Below, one piece after another: positions 52,102-63,360 of a stretch of 64,000 nucleotides of DNA. Source of the stretch: Squalus acanthias (taxonomy: Eukaryota); the NCBI GenBank assembly GCA_030390025.1, contig CM059431.1, positions 147,376,001 through 147,440,000 on the forward strand, in the 5' to 3' direction. A model generated the notes under the pieces. That model was not told the DNA's origin. It did no database searches and saw only the letters and a program-made list of their open reading frames with translations. How positions within the stretch are numbered: the stretch's first letter is position 1; every line of letters starts with the position of its first letter. A program made the translations under genes and the position numbers.

Positions 52102-52139
52102 CTACGGGAAGAGGAGGAAGACGGGCTCGCGTTATACAA

Positions 52140-53400
52140 GGGAGGGGATAGAGAGATAGAAAGAGAGAGATAGAGAGATAGAAGGAGAGAGGGATAGAGA
52201 GAGCAATAGAATGGGAGAGAGACAGAACGGGAGAGAGGGATAGAGAGAGAGGAATAGAGAGAGAGATAGAACGGGAGAGAGAGATAGAGAGATAGAAAGT
52301 GAGGAGACAGAAAGGGATAGAGAGACAGAGAAAGGGATAGAGAGAGATAGAATTCGATAGAAAGAGAGATATTAAGGGAAAGGGAAAGAAAGAGAGAGCC
52401 AGGGATAGAAAGAGATATAGAGACAGAGGGATAGAAAGGGAGAGATAAAAAGTGAGAGATAGAAACAGAGAGATCGAAAGAGAGCTAGAAAAGGAAAGTG
52501 ATAGAGAGGGATAGAGAGAGAGATAGAAAGACGCAGACAAAGACAGAGGGCGGGATACAGAGAGAAAGCGAGAGAGATTAAAAGGAGAGAGATAGAGAGG
52601 AATAGAGAGAGAGTGGATAAAGAGAGAGAGATAGAAAGGGAGGGAGCGGGAAATCTATCCACACCTCACCCCTGCTCTGTCTCTCTCCCTACATCCCCTG
52701 CACTCTTCCCTAACTCTCACCCACTCTCTCTCCTCTTCACTCCCCCTCACTCTCTCCCTCCCTCTCCCCTTTTCCTGACCCCTCTTTCTCCCTCTCCCCT
52801 TTTCCTCTCCCTATCTCTCCCCTCTCTATCACTCCCCCTCTCTATCACTCCCCTTCTCTCTCCCTCTCTCGTTCCCTCTCTCCGCCTCTCTTTCTCCCCC
52901 TCTCTCTCTCTCTCCCCCTCTCGTTCTCTCTCCCTTTTTCTCTACCCCACTCTCATTCCCTTTCTCGCCCCCTCTCCCTCCCCTCTCTCGTTCTCTTTCT
53001 CCCCACTCGCTCTATCCCCCTCTCTCCCACTCTCTCTCTTTCTCTACCCCTCTCATTCCTTCTCTCTCCCCTCCCCCTTCCCACTCTCTCCCTCCCTCTC
53101 TCGTTTCCTCTCTCCCCACTCTCTCACTCTAATCCCCCCTCTCCCCCTCTCCTGTTCTCTCTCTCCCTCTCTTGTTCTCTCTCTCTACCTGTCTCTCTTC
53201 ACTCTCTCTCTCCACCTCTCCTTCTCTCTCCCTATCACCCTCTCCTTCTCTCTCCCTCTCTTTTTCCCTCTCTCTCCACCTCTCCCGCTCCCCACTATCT
53301 CCCCTCTCTCTCCTTCCCCTCTCTCGTTCTCTCGCTCCCCTCTCTCGTTCTCTCTATCCTCCTCTCATTCTCCCTCACTCTCTCGTTCCCTCTCTCACCC
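52140..53400. repeat. GA-rich tract (52140-52650) followed by CT-rich tract (52675-53400); a G-rich GGGGAACAGTTT-type repeat lies at 51250-51950
   Basis: Direct inspection; low complexity. Confidence 0.88.
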
Positions 53401-53589
53401 CCATTCCCCACACTCCTCTCTGGAAACCTCCATAATCGCCTGTCCAGCCCCACCCCCATTGATGACATCACCCCACCATGGCCCCGCCCACCTGCTCCTC
53501 TTAAAGGCACAGTTCACTCCCCCCAGATGGAGGCTGCAGTTTGGTTCGTTGACGAGTTGCTCCAGCCTCCCGACACTGTCATTACTTCT

Positions 53590-55768
53590 TGTAAGACGCC
53601 TCGCCCCGTCCAACATTGTCCAAAGTTCAGACCCCCTCGAACAGACAACACAAAAAACCAATGAATCTGCGAAAACTTCTTTCACTTAAAAATCAGCACG
53701 AGATTGCAAGCAAGTATCCGACAGTTATGTTGCGTATAACAATTCCTGATTGTACTTTAGCATACACAGAGCTATCCCTTTACCTTAAGCTAAAGCGACA
53801 GTTCTTCTCTTCTCTGTTCTTAGGCAGTCCCTCGGAACCGATGCGGGACCTACAGTCTTTGTCACAGGTTGGGCAGACGGTGGTTGAAGGGGCGGGTGGG
53901 TGGGGTGCTTGGGTTGACGTGCGCTCCTTGCGCTGCCTGCGCTTGACTTCCGCTTGCTCCCGGCGAAGAGACTCGAGGTGTTCGGCGCCTTCCCGGATGC
54001 TTCTCCTCCACTTTGTGCAGTCTTGGGCCGGGGATTCCCAGGTGTCGGTGGGGATGTTACACTTTTTCAAGGAGGCTTTGAGGGTGTCCTTGAAGCGTTT
54101 CCTCTGCCCACCTGGGACTCTCTTGCCGTGTCGGAGCTCCGAGTAGAGCGCTTGTTTTGGGAGTCTCGTATCGGGCATGCGGACGATGTGACCCGTCCAT
54201 CGGAGCTGATTGAGCGTGGTCAAAGCTTCGATGCTGGGGATGTTGGCCTGAGCAAGAACACTGATGTTGGTGCGCCTATCCTGCCAATGGATTTGCAGGA
54301 TCTTGCGGAGGCAGCGTTGGTGGTAACTCTCCAGTGCTTTGAGGTGCCTGCTGTACATGGTCCATGTCTCTGAGGCATACAGCAGGGCGGGTATCACTGC
54401 TGCTCTGTAGACATGAGCTTAGTGCCGGGTTTGAGGTCCTGGTTTTCAAACACTCTCTTCCTCAGGCGACCGAAGGCTGCACTGGCACACTGAAGGCGGT
54501 GTTGGACTTCATCGTCGACGTCTGCCCTTGTTAACAGTAGGCTCCTGAGGTATGGAAAGTGGTTCACGTTGTCCAAGGCCTTGTCGTGGATTTTGATAAT
54601 CGGGGGGCAGTACTGTGTGGCGGGGGCAGGTTGGTAGAGGACCTTTGTCTTACGGATGTTTAGTGTAAGGCTCATGCTCTCATACGCTTCGGTGAAGGTG
54701 TTGACGATGGTTTGGAGTTTGACCTCCGAGTGAGCGCAGACGCAAGCGTTGTCTGCATACTGTAATTCGACGACAGAGGATGGGACGACCGTGGATCTGG
54801 ACCGGAGCCGACGGAGGTTGAACAGTTTCCCGTTTGTTCTGTAAATTAGCTCCACTCCAGCGGGGAGCTTACTGAGGGTGAGATGGAGCATTGCAGCAAG
54901 GAAGATCCAGAAGAGCGTTGGTGCGATAACACAGCCTTGCTTGACCCTGGTTCGTACGTGAATTGGGTCTGTGGTGGAACCGTTGGTCGGGATCACGGCT
55001 TGCATGTTGTCGTGAAGCTGGCGGAGGATGGTGACAAACTTTTGAGGGCAGCCGAATTTGCGGAGGACACTCCATAATCCCTCAGGGTTGACAGTGTCGA
55101 AGGCCTTTGTGAGATCAAAGAAGGTCATGTACAGCGGTTGGTGCTGTTCCCTGCATTTCTTTTGTAATTGACGCGCGGTGAAGATCATGTCCATTGTGCC
55201 CCTTAGTGGGCGGAATCGCATTGCGACTCTGGGAGGAGCTCTTCAGCCACTGGGAGAAGGCGATTGAGGAGGATTCTTGTGATGACCTTCCCTGTGGCAG
55301 ACAGCAGGGAAACTCCTCTGTAATTACCGCAATCGGACTTGTCACCTTTCTTGAAGATGGTCACAATTACGGCGTCTCTGAGATCCCCTGGCATGCTCTC
55401 CTCCTTCCAGATAAGAGAAATTAGTTCATGAATTCGCGCCAGTAGTGCTTCTCCGCCATGCTTTAGTGCCTCGGTGGGGATTCCATCTGCTCCTGAGGCC
55501 TTGTTGTTCTTCAGTTGTAATAAGCAAAACACTACATACGTACTAACACTGGGGATTGGTCAATTCGGCAATGACTAGATGTATGATTTCAGACAAATGC
55601 CAAGGCTGCAGCCTCGAGTGTCTTTTTACAGCACCTTCTATACCTTAAAACCTGGCAAACCTCCCACTGCGTACGTGTCCCAAACTTATACAAAGAATAG
55701 TCAGAAGTTGTTTTTCTCTTCTTATCAGTGGTCAGTCAGTCAGTCAATGGGCCGCAAGGCCTGTTACA
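53590..55768 (-). mobile_element. Solo-LTR-like element (~460 bp net) interrupted by an RTE LINE
   Basis: Termini TGTAA...TTACA; flanks TTCT/TTCC (4-bp TSD, 1 mismatch); internal homology to 4467-4680 on both sides of the RTE. Confidence 0.55.
53801..55517 (-). mobile_element. 5'-truncated RTE-clade LINE (RT domain, frameshifted), same family as 7533-8633
   Basis: KASGADGIP…KKGDKSDCGNYRGVSLLS…FFDLTKAFDTV…KQGCVIAP.LF…LQYADN; the C-terminal region is nearly identical to the copy in pol. Confidence 0.93.
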
Positions 55769-55780
55769 TTCCAAAGTCTG

Positions 55781-58266
55781 ATTAACGATTTGGAGGAGGG
55801 GACCAAGTGCAACGTATCCAAGTTTGCAGACGATACAAAGATGGGAGGGAAAGCAGTGAGTGAGGAGGACATAAAAAACCTGCAAAAGGACAGAGGCAGG
55901 CTAAGTGAGTGGGCAGAAATTTGGCAGATGGAATATAATGTTGGAAAGTGTGAGGTTATGCACTTTGGCAGAAAAAATCAAAGAGCAAGTTATTATCTAA
56001 ATGGAAAGAGACTGCAAAGTGCTACAGTACAAAGGGATCTGGGGGTCATAAGAGCATAAGAAATAGGAGCAGGAGTAGGCCAATCGGCCCCTCGAGCCTG
56101 CTCCGCCATTCAATAAGATCATGGCTGATCTGATCCTAACCTCAAATCTAAAGAACACAAGAAGTAGGAGCAGGACCCAGCCACTCAGCCCCTGGGCCCG
56201 CTCCGCCACCCACAGGGCCTTGACCGATCCGAACTCAGCCTCATGTCCAATTTCCTGCCCGCTCCCCGTAACCCCTAATTCCCTTTACCTCTAGGAAACT
56301 GTCTATTTCTGTTTTAAATTTATTTAATGATGTAGCTTCCACAGCTTCCTGGGGCAGCAAATTACACAGACCTACTACCCTCTGAGTGAAGAAGTTTCTC
56401 CTCATCTCAGTTTTGAAAGAGCAGCCCCTTATTCTAAGATTATGCCCCCTAGTTCTAGTTTCATCCATGCTTGGGAACATCCTTATCGCATCCACCCGAT
56501 CAAGCCCCTTCACAATCTTATATGTTTCAATAAGATCGCCTCTCATTCTTCTGAACTCCAATGAGTAGAGTCCCAATCTACTCAACCTCTCCTCATATGT
56601 CCACCCCCTCATCCCCGGGATTAACCGAGTGAACCTTCTTTGTACTGCCTCGAGAGCAAGTATGTCTTTTCTTAAGTATGGACACCAAAACTGTATGCAG
56701 TATTCCAGGTGCGGTCTCACCGATACCTTATATAACTGCAGCAATACCTCCCTGTTTTTATAATCTATCCCACTAGCAATAAAAGCCAACATTCCGTTGG
56801 CCTTCTTGATCACCTGCTGCACCTGCATACTAACTTTTTGATTTTCTTGCACTAGGACCCCCAGATCCCTTTGTACTGCAGTACTTTCCAGTTTCTCGCC
56901 ATTAAGATAATAACTTGCTCTCTGATTTTTCCTGCCAAAGTGCATAACCTCACATTTTCCAATTTTGTATTGCATCTGCCAAATCTCCACCCACTCACCC
57001 AGCCTGTCTATATCCCCTTGTAGGTTTTTTATGTCCTCCTCACTTTCTACTTTCCCTCCCATCTTTGTATCATCTGCAAACTTTGATATGTTACACTCGG
57101 TCCCCTCCTCCAAATCGTTAATATAGATTGTAAAGAGTTGGGGACCCAGCACCGACCCCTGCGGAACACCACTGGCTACTGGTTGCCAGTCCGAGAATGA
57201 ACCACTTATCCCAACTCTCTGCTTCCTGTTAGATAACCAATCCTCCACCCATGCCAGAATATTACCCCCAATCCAGTGATTTTTTATCTTGAGCAATAAT
57301 CTTTTATGTGGCACCTTGTCGAATGCCTTCTGGAAGTCTAAATACATTACGTCCACTGGTTCCCCTTTATCCACCCTGTACGTTATGTCCTCAAAGAACT
57401 CGAGCAAATTTGTCAGACATGACTTCCCCTTCATAAAGCCATGCTGACTTTGTCCTATTAAATTATGTTTATCTAAATGTTCCGTTACTGTCTCCTTAAT
57501 AATAGACTCCAAAATTTTACCCACCACAGATGTTAGGCTAACTGGTCTATAATTTCCTGGTGCATGAAACACAGCAGGTTAGCATGCAGGTACAGCAGGT
57601 GATCAGGAAGGCCAATGGAATCTTGGCTTTTATTGCAAGGGGGATGGAGTATAAAAGCAGGGAAGTCTTGCTTCAGCTATACAGGGTACTGGTTAGGCCA
57701 CACCTGGAGTACTGCGTACAGTTTTGGTTTCCATATTTAAGAAAAGATATACTTGCTCTAGAGGCAGTTCAGAGAAGGTTCACTCGGTTGATTCCGGAGA
57801 TGAGGGGGTTGACTTATGAGGAAAGGTTGAGTAGGTTGGGCCTCTACTCATTGGAATTCAGAAGAATGAGAGGCGATCTTATCGAAACATAGAAGATTGT
57901 GAGGGGGCTTGATCAGGTGGATGCGGGGAGGATGTTTCCACTGATGGGTGAGACTAGAACTAGGGGGCATAATCTTAGAATAAGGGGCTGCCGTTTCAAA
58001 ACTGAGATGAGGAGAAACTTCTTCACTCAGAGGGTAGTAAATCTGTGGAATTTGCTACCTCAGAGAGCTGTGGAAGCTGCGACATTAAATAAATTTAAAA
58101 CGGAGATAGACAGTTTCCGAGCTGATAAGGGAATTAAGGGTTATGGGGAGCGGGCAGGGAAGTGGACGTGAGTCTAGGTTCGGATCAGCCATGATCCTAT
58201 TGAATGGCGGAGCAGGCCCGAGGGGCCGTATGGCCTACTCCTGCTCCTACTTCTTATGTTCTTATG
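55781..58266 (+). mobile_element. 5'-truncated CR1 LINE, split by a nested antisense CR1
   Basis: SKFADDTK…QRDLGV (to 56047) resumes LVHETQQVSMQ…RPHLEYC…(from ~57558) and ends in the (TTCTTATG)n tail. Confidence 0.92.
56048..57557 (-). mobile_element. CR1 LINE (open ~440-codon RT/C-terminal ORF) nested in the opposite orientation
   Basis: PGNYRPVSLTS…YLDFQKAFDKVPH…SGVPQGSVLGP…FADDTK…; its own 3' tail at 56048-56240 carries two tandem copies of the terminal motif. Confidence 0.95.
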
Positions 58267-58959
58267 ATATTCCTGTTCAATAGCTTCTTCTCCACAGAAC
58301 TCTCAAGATCTGTTTCCCTTATCTGTTAAAATGCAGCCGGCAGACCATACATCTTGCAACCATAGCAGTCTGTTCCACATTTCAGCGGAAAGTCTCTGTT
58401 TCTGTGCACGTTCTTCTTTATCTGTGAACAGTTTTCGCACAAACTTCCCACAGGAACCAACCTCTCGGCCTCGAACAAACAACCTCAATTTTTTTTGTAA
58501 TCCAATTTAAAAAAAGTACTTTCAATAAGTCCAGATACATTTTCTACCAGACACGATCAGAAACCATGGCAACCATAACTTCAAGGCTGAAGCTTATCTT
58601 TTGTAAAACAAACTGCCTCTGATTTACAGTTAGCTGTACAATCCGTCCCAGTCAAAGTATATCCACAGCGGTGTATTTAACTTAAAAAATGCAAATCACA
58701 AAGTTTCTCCCACTTCTAGGTGCACGATCTTAAATTGAAATGAGCGTATTTAACACATCCACACTCTCTTAAAACCACCAACATCCAAGACAAGACTACA
58801 AAGGGTTAAATGGCCTTTAGCTCTATGCACAGAGAAGCAGGTGGAGCTAAAACAAACACAACAGACACTTTCTTTCAAAGGTGGACTTTCAGACAAAAGG
58901 AATATTGTAACTTTTTAAAATTCATAGTCAGGAAAACTTCCACACTTTAACACACAGAG

Positions 58960-59165
58960 AGGGAGGGGTTAACAGTCTGAGGGGAGGAGTTAACAGTTGG
59001 GGGAGGGGTTAACATGTGGAGGGGGAAGGGGTTAACAGTGGGAGGGGAAGGGTTAACAGTGGGAGGGGAGGGGTTAACAGTGGGAGGGGAGGGGTTAACA
59101 GTGGGAGGGGCGGGGTTAACAGTGGGAGGGTCAAGGGTAACTGAGGGGTGGGGTTAACAGTGGGC
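58960..59165. repeat. 21-bp G-rich minisatellite (GGGAGGGGAGGGGTTAACAGT)
   Basis: Period 21 at 59053 and 59074; lies in the presumed FAM111 3' region. Confidence 0.85.
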
Positions 59166-59283
59166 AGATGGCCAGGAGCACATTGGAATAGTTGAGTCTG
59201 GATGCAAGAGAGGCATGGATGAAACAAGGGTGAGAATTTTAAATGCGGGATATTTAAACTGAAACTCGTTAGATTGCCTCCAT

Positions 59284-61041
59284 TTAGTCGGTGTCCATTG
59301 GAACTTGCTTCTGGTCATCGGATGGCATGTTCTGATCGCCCTGGACCTGGTTACGATTGGTGAAGAGCGACCAGTCAAATCCTGGATGGTGTTTCTTCAT
59401 GTGGGCAGCAATGGCTTCAACAGTCGGCCCGAATTCGATCACACTGTTCTTCCTGTAGCCGTTGTCATACGGGTATCCTCCAGCGTGCATCCCCACAAGC
59501 TCACCAGAGAAATTGAACACGGGGGAACCAGAAGCACCATGGAAGAAGCAAGTATTGTAGGTAATCCTGTCTGAACTTCGCATTTCACTGAAAGTGTACT
59601 TAGTGCCAACTTGGAAGAATTGTGGATGATTTTTAACTTCCACCTTTCGTTGTTTGAGAGCGATGATGACGCAAGTGTCGGTGGATTTGGGAACCCCACC
59701 AGGGTGACCTATAATGTAGACCACTCCGTTCTGGGGCGGGGTGGTTGCCCTGGGTGACACACCTGGTGGAAGACCTGGTCCTTGGCCATCAGGGACCTCC
59801 AGTCTCAGCAGCGCATAGTCAAGATCTTGGCAGTAGACTTCGAGCCACGGATCAACTTTGTACCAAACACTGGTCGGAAGGTCATCTTTGTAGGTGAAGC
59901 TTATGTCAGTAAACTTCTTTATTATGGCTGCCCACTCACCCTCAGACACTCAGTCCCCTACGATCATCTTCACCACGTGGTAACATGTCAGAATGTAGTA
60001 GTCACTGAGGAGGAAGCAGGAGGCGAAGCCTTGATTCCCATTGTTAGTCCATCTGACAAATCCAACGGACTCGCTCAATTGTACCAGCATCTCGTGGGTC
60101 CGAACGGTAACTGCCTCGCTCGTGATCTTCCCAAAGTTTTCCTTGAGCACGTTCCATTGCTTGCAATTCAACTTCCTGTCACTTTCCTTTCCCAAACATT
60201 CATCAACCTCCTCTTTCAGCTCGCGGAGCAGCTCGTTCCCTTCTCCTGCCACATTCCTCTCCTCTTGGCTCTCGCTGGGGTCGGCACCGCCTGCCTTACT
60301 CCCTGCGTGATACTTCTTGCTACTCAGTTGAACTTCAAAGTGTCGGTTGTGAAGGTCATTCACGGTGAGGGTGAACTGAAGAGACTTTTGCCCTTCGAGC
60401 AGGTTCCACATATTGTCATTAATTTCGGACAAGAACCTCCCGTCCTCACACAGAGCCTCTCGGATAGTCTCGCCCTCAAAGGCGAAAATGCACAGGTCAC
60501 ATCCATCGCTTCGCAGCGATTCGGACTTGATAATATGTCTGGCTCCTGTGCTAAGTTTGCCAGATGATTTTCCAGTGCTCCGGACGTGGAATATAACGCA
60601 CTGCTTACCTGAAGAATCGGCATTCCGATAGCATAACTCACTGTTATTTCGGAAGAATATCACTTCGAAATGGGCTTTCCGTGGCAGACATTTGCAAGGC
60701 ATCCCTAGGTTGACAGCACCCGTGAACTCTCTCTTCCCAATTACATGGAATTCCTTCCCCTTGTTTTTCTCTTCTTCCTTGAACGCCTCGGAAGACTTCA
60801 GAGCAGAAAGCAAATTCTCGTCCGGTGCCCCTCTCGCCACGTGCTCCGTGCTGTCCCTTTGGAAACTGAACATGAACTCTTTCACTCTGTCCTCTTCACT
60901 GTGATCTGCAACCTTGCCCATGGTCGCCTCTGGCATTTTACCCATGTCGTTTGAGGCATTTCGTGCAGAGAGAGGTTCTCGCTTTTCGGTGTGGGCCTTT
61001 TCACCCGGCACTGGAGTGGGAGGTTGATTTGTATCTTTCTC
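59284..61041 (-). pseudogene. FAM111: FAM111-like serine protease, large coding exon, with a single in-frame TGA at 59950-59952
   Basis: Acceptor ttcctctcctctccag, exon starts at 61041 in phase 0. Ubiquitin-like-region motifs NLGMPCKCLP and GETIREALCEDGRF; trypsin triad ILTCYHVV / DLDYALL / FFHGASGSPVF; IIGHPGG..K; IEFG. The two ORFs share a frame. Confidence 0.9.
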
Positions 61042-61082
61042 CTGGAGAGGAGAGGAAAGTCATAATTGAGTGGAACTGAAAT

Positions 61083-62150
61083 GGAACAGGAGCAGGCCAT
61101 TCAGCCCCTCGAGCCTGTTACACAGGAACAGGAGGAGGCCATTCAGCCCCTCGAGCCTGTTACACTGGAACAGGAGGAGGCCATTCAGCCCCTCGAGCCT
61201 GTTACACAGGAACAGGAGGAGGCCATTCAGCCCCTCGAGCCTGTTACACAGGAGCGGGAGGAGGTCATTCAGCCCCTCGAGCCTGTTACACAGGAACAGG
61301 AGGAGACCATTCAGATCTAAAACCTGTTACACAGGAACAGGAGGAGGCCATTCAGCCCCTCGAGCCTGTTACACAAGAACAGGAGGAGGCCATTCAGCAC
61401 CTCAAGTCTGTTACACGGGAACAGGAGGAGGCCGTTCAGCCCCTCGAGCCTCTTACACAGGAACAAGAGGAGGCCATTCAGCCCCTCGAGCCTGTTACAC
61501 AGGAACAGGAGGAGTCCATTCAGCCCCTCGAGCCTGTTACAGAGGAACAGGAGCAGGCCATTCAGCCACTCGAGCCTGTTACACAGGAACAGGAGGAGCC
61601 CATTCAGCCCCTCGAGCATGTTACACAGGAACAGGAGGAGGCCATTCAGCCCCTCGAGCTTGTTACACAGGAACAGGAGGAGGCCATTCAGCCCCTTGAG
61701 CCGGTTACACAGGAACAGGAGGAGGCCATTCAGCCCCTCGAGCCTGTTACACAGGAACAGGAGGAGGCCATTCAGCCCCTCGAGCCTGTTACACCGGAAC
61801 AGGAGGAGGCCATTCAGCCTCTCGAGCCTGTTACACCGGAACAGGAGGAGGCCATTCAGCCCCTCGAGCCTGTTACACAGGAACAGGAGGAGGCCATTCA
61901 GCGCCTCGAGCCTGTTACACAGGAACAGGAGGAGGCCATTCAGCCCCTCGAGCCTGTTACACCGGAACAGGAGGAGGCCATTCAGCCTCTCGAGCCTTTT
62001 ACACCGGAACAGGAGGAGGCCATTCAGACTCTTGAGCCTGTTACACAGGAACAGGAGGAGGCCATTCAGCCCCTCGAGCCAGTTACATAGGAATAGGAGT
62101 AGTCCATTCATTCCCTCGAGCCTTAATCACACAGCAACAGGAGGAGGCCA
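61083..62150 (-). repeat. 42-bp CR1-tail-derived minisatellite, inverted relative to the other two arrays; intronic to FAM111
   Basis: Unit ACACAGGAACAGGAGGAGGCCATTCAGCCCCTCGAGCCTGTT. Confidence 0.92.
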
Positions 62151-63360
62151 AAGAGGAACCGGTAGATGTGGTGTATCTGGATTTTCAAAAGTTCTTCGAT
62201 AAGGTCCCACACAAGAGGTTGGTGAACCAAATTAGGGCACATGGAATTGCGGGTAATATACTAGCATGGATTGAGAATTGGCTAACAGACAGAAAACAAA
62301 GAGTAGGGATAAAGGGTCTTTTTCAGGATGGCAGGCTGTGACTAGTGGGGTTCTGCCAGGATCGGTGCTTGGGCCCCAGCTATTCACAATCTATATCAAT
62401 GATTTGGATGAGGGGACTAAATGTAACATTTCCAAATTTGCTGATGATACAAAGCTAGGTGGCAGTGTCAGTTGTGAAGAGGATGTGAAGAGGCTTCAAG
62501 GGGATCTCAACAGGCTCAGTGAGTGGGCGAGAACATGGCAGATGGCATATAATGTGGATAAATGTGAAGTGATCCACTTTGGTCGAAAAAAACAGAAAGG
62601 AAGAGTATTTCCTAAATGGTGAAAGATTGGGGAGTGCAGATGCTCAAAGGGAACCTGGGTGTCCTTGTACATGAGTCACTGAAAGTGAATGTGCAGGTGC
62701 AGCAAGCCATTAGGAAGGCAAATGGTATGCTGGCCTTCATTACAAGAGGATTTGAGTACAGGAGTAAAGAAGTCTTACTCCAATTATATAGGGCCTTGGT
62801 GAGACCACACCTGGAGTACTGGTTACAATTTTGGTCTCCTTACCTAAGGAAGGATATACTTGCCATAGAGGGAGTGCAATGAAGGTTCACAAGATTGATT
62901 CCTGGGATGGTGGGACTGTCGTATGAGAAGAGATTGAGTAAACTAGGCCTGTATTCTCTTGAATTCAGAAGAATGAGAGGGGATCTCATTGAAGCATACA
63001 AAATGATTACAGGGCTTGATAGGATGGGTGCTGGGAGAATGTTTCCCTCTGCTGGGGAGTCAAGAACCAGGGGCCACAGCCTCAGAATAAAGGGTAGGCC
63101 ATTCAGGACTGAGATGAGAAGAAATTTCTTCACACAGAGGGTGGTGAATCTTTGGAATTCTCTACCCCAGAGGGCTGTGGAGGTTCAGTCATTGGGTATA
63201 TTCAAAACTGAAGTCGATAGATTTCTGACTGGTAAAGGCATCAAGGGATATGGCGACAGGGCCGGTGAATGAAGTTGAGGCAGAAGATCAGTCCTGATCT
63301 CATTGAATGGCTTGAAGGGCCGAATGGCCGACTTCTGCTCTTATTTCTTATGTTCTTATG
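62151..63360 (+). mobile_element. Degraded 5'-truncated CR1 LINE
   Basis: VDVVYLDFQK…SVLGPQLF…FADDTKL…RPHLEY…RRMRGDLIE and tail TTCTTATGTTCTTATG; contains frameshifts and stops. Confidence 0.92.

Larger units (their letters stand above)
53492..58488 (-). pseudogene. Upstream exon of hidden gene, split into 58488-58267, 55780-55769 and 53585-53492 by nested transposons
   Basis: Removing the CR1 (55781-58266) and the LTR-like element (53590-55768) joins one frame: …AEMWNRLLWLQDVWSAGCILTDKGNRS*EFCGEEAIEQEY|QTLE|VMTVSGGWSNSSTNQTAASIWG. After a G-run frameshift it continues GVNCAFKRS(S) to the donor AG|GTGGGC (phase 2). Confidence 0.5.

Noticed and set aside
51307..53689. 288-aa Gly-rich and 358-aa Ser/Leu/Pro-rich plus-strand ORFs
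   Set aside because: Low-complexity tracts; the coding signal here is in short minus-strand exons.
58489..58730. Further 5' extension of the hidden gene exon
   Set aside because: It needs a frameshift and contains three stops in ~80 codons, no better than random; left unannotated.
59950..59952. Selenocysteine or programmed readthrough TGA in FAM111
   Set aside because: No SECIS recognised, the position is not a conserved Cys, and the context is not the TGA-CTA readthrough motif.
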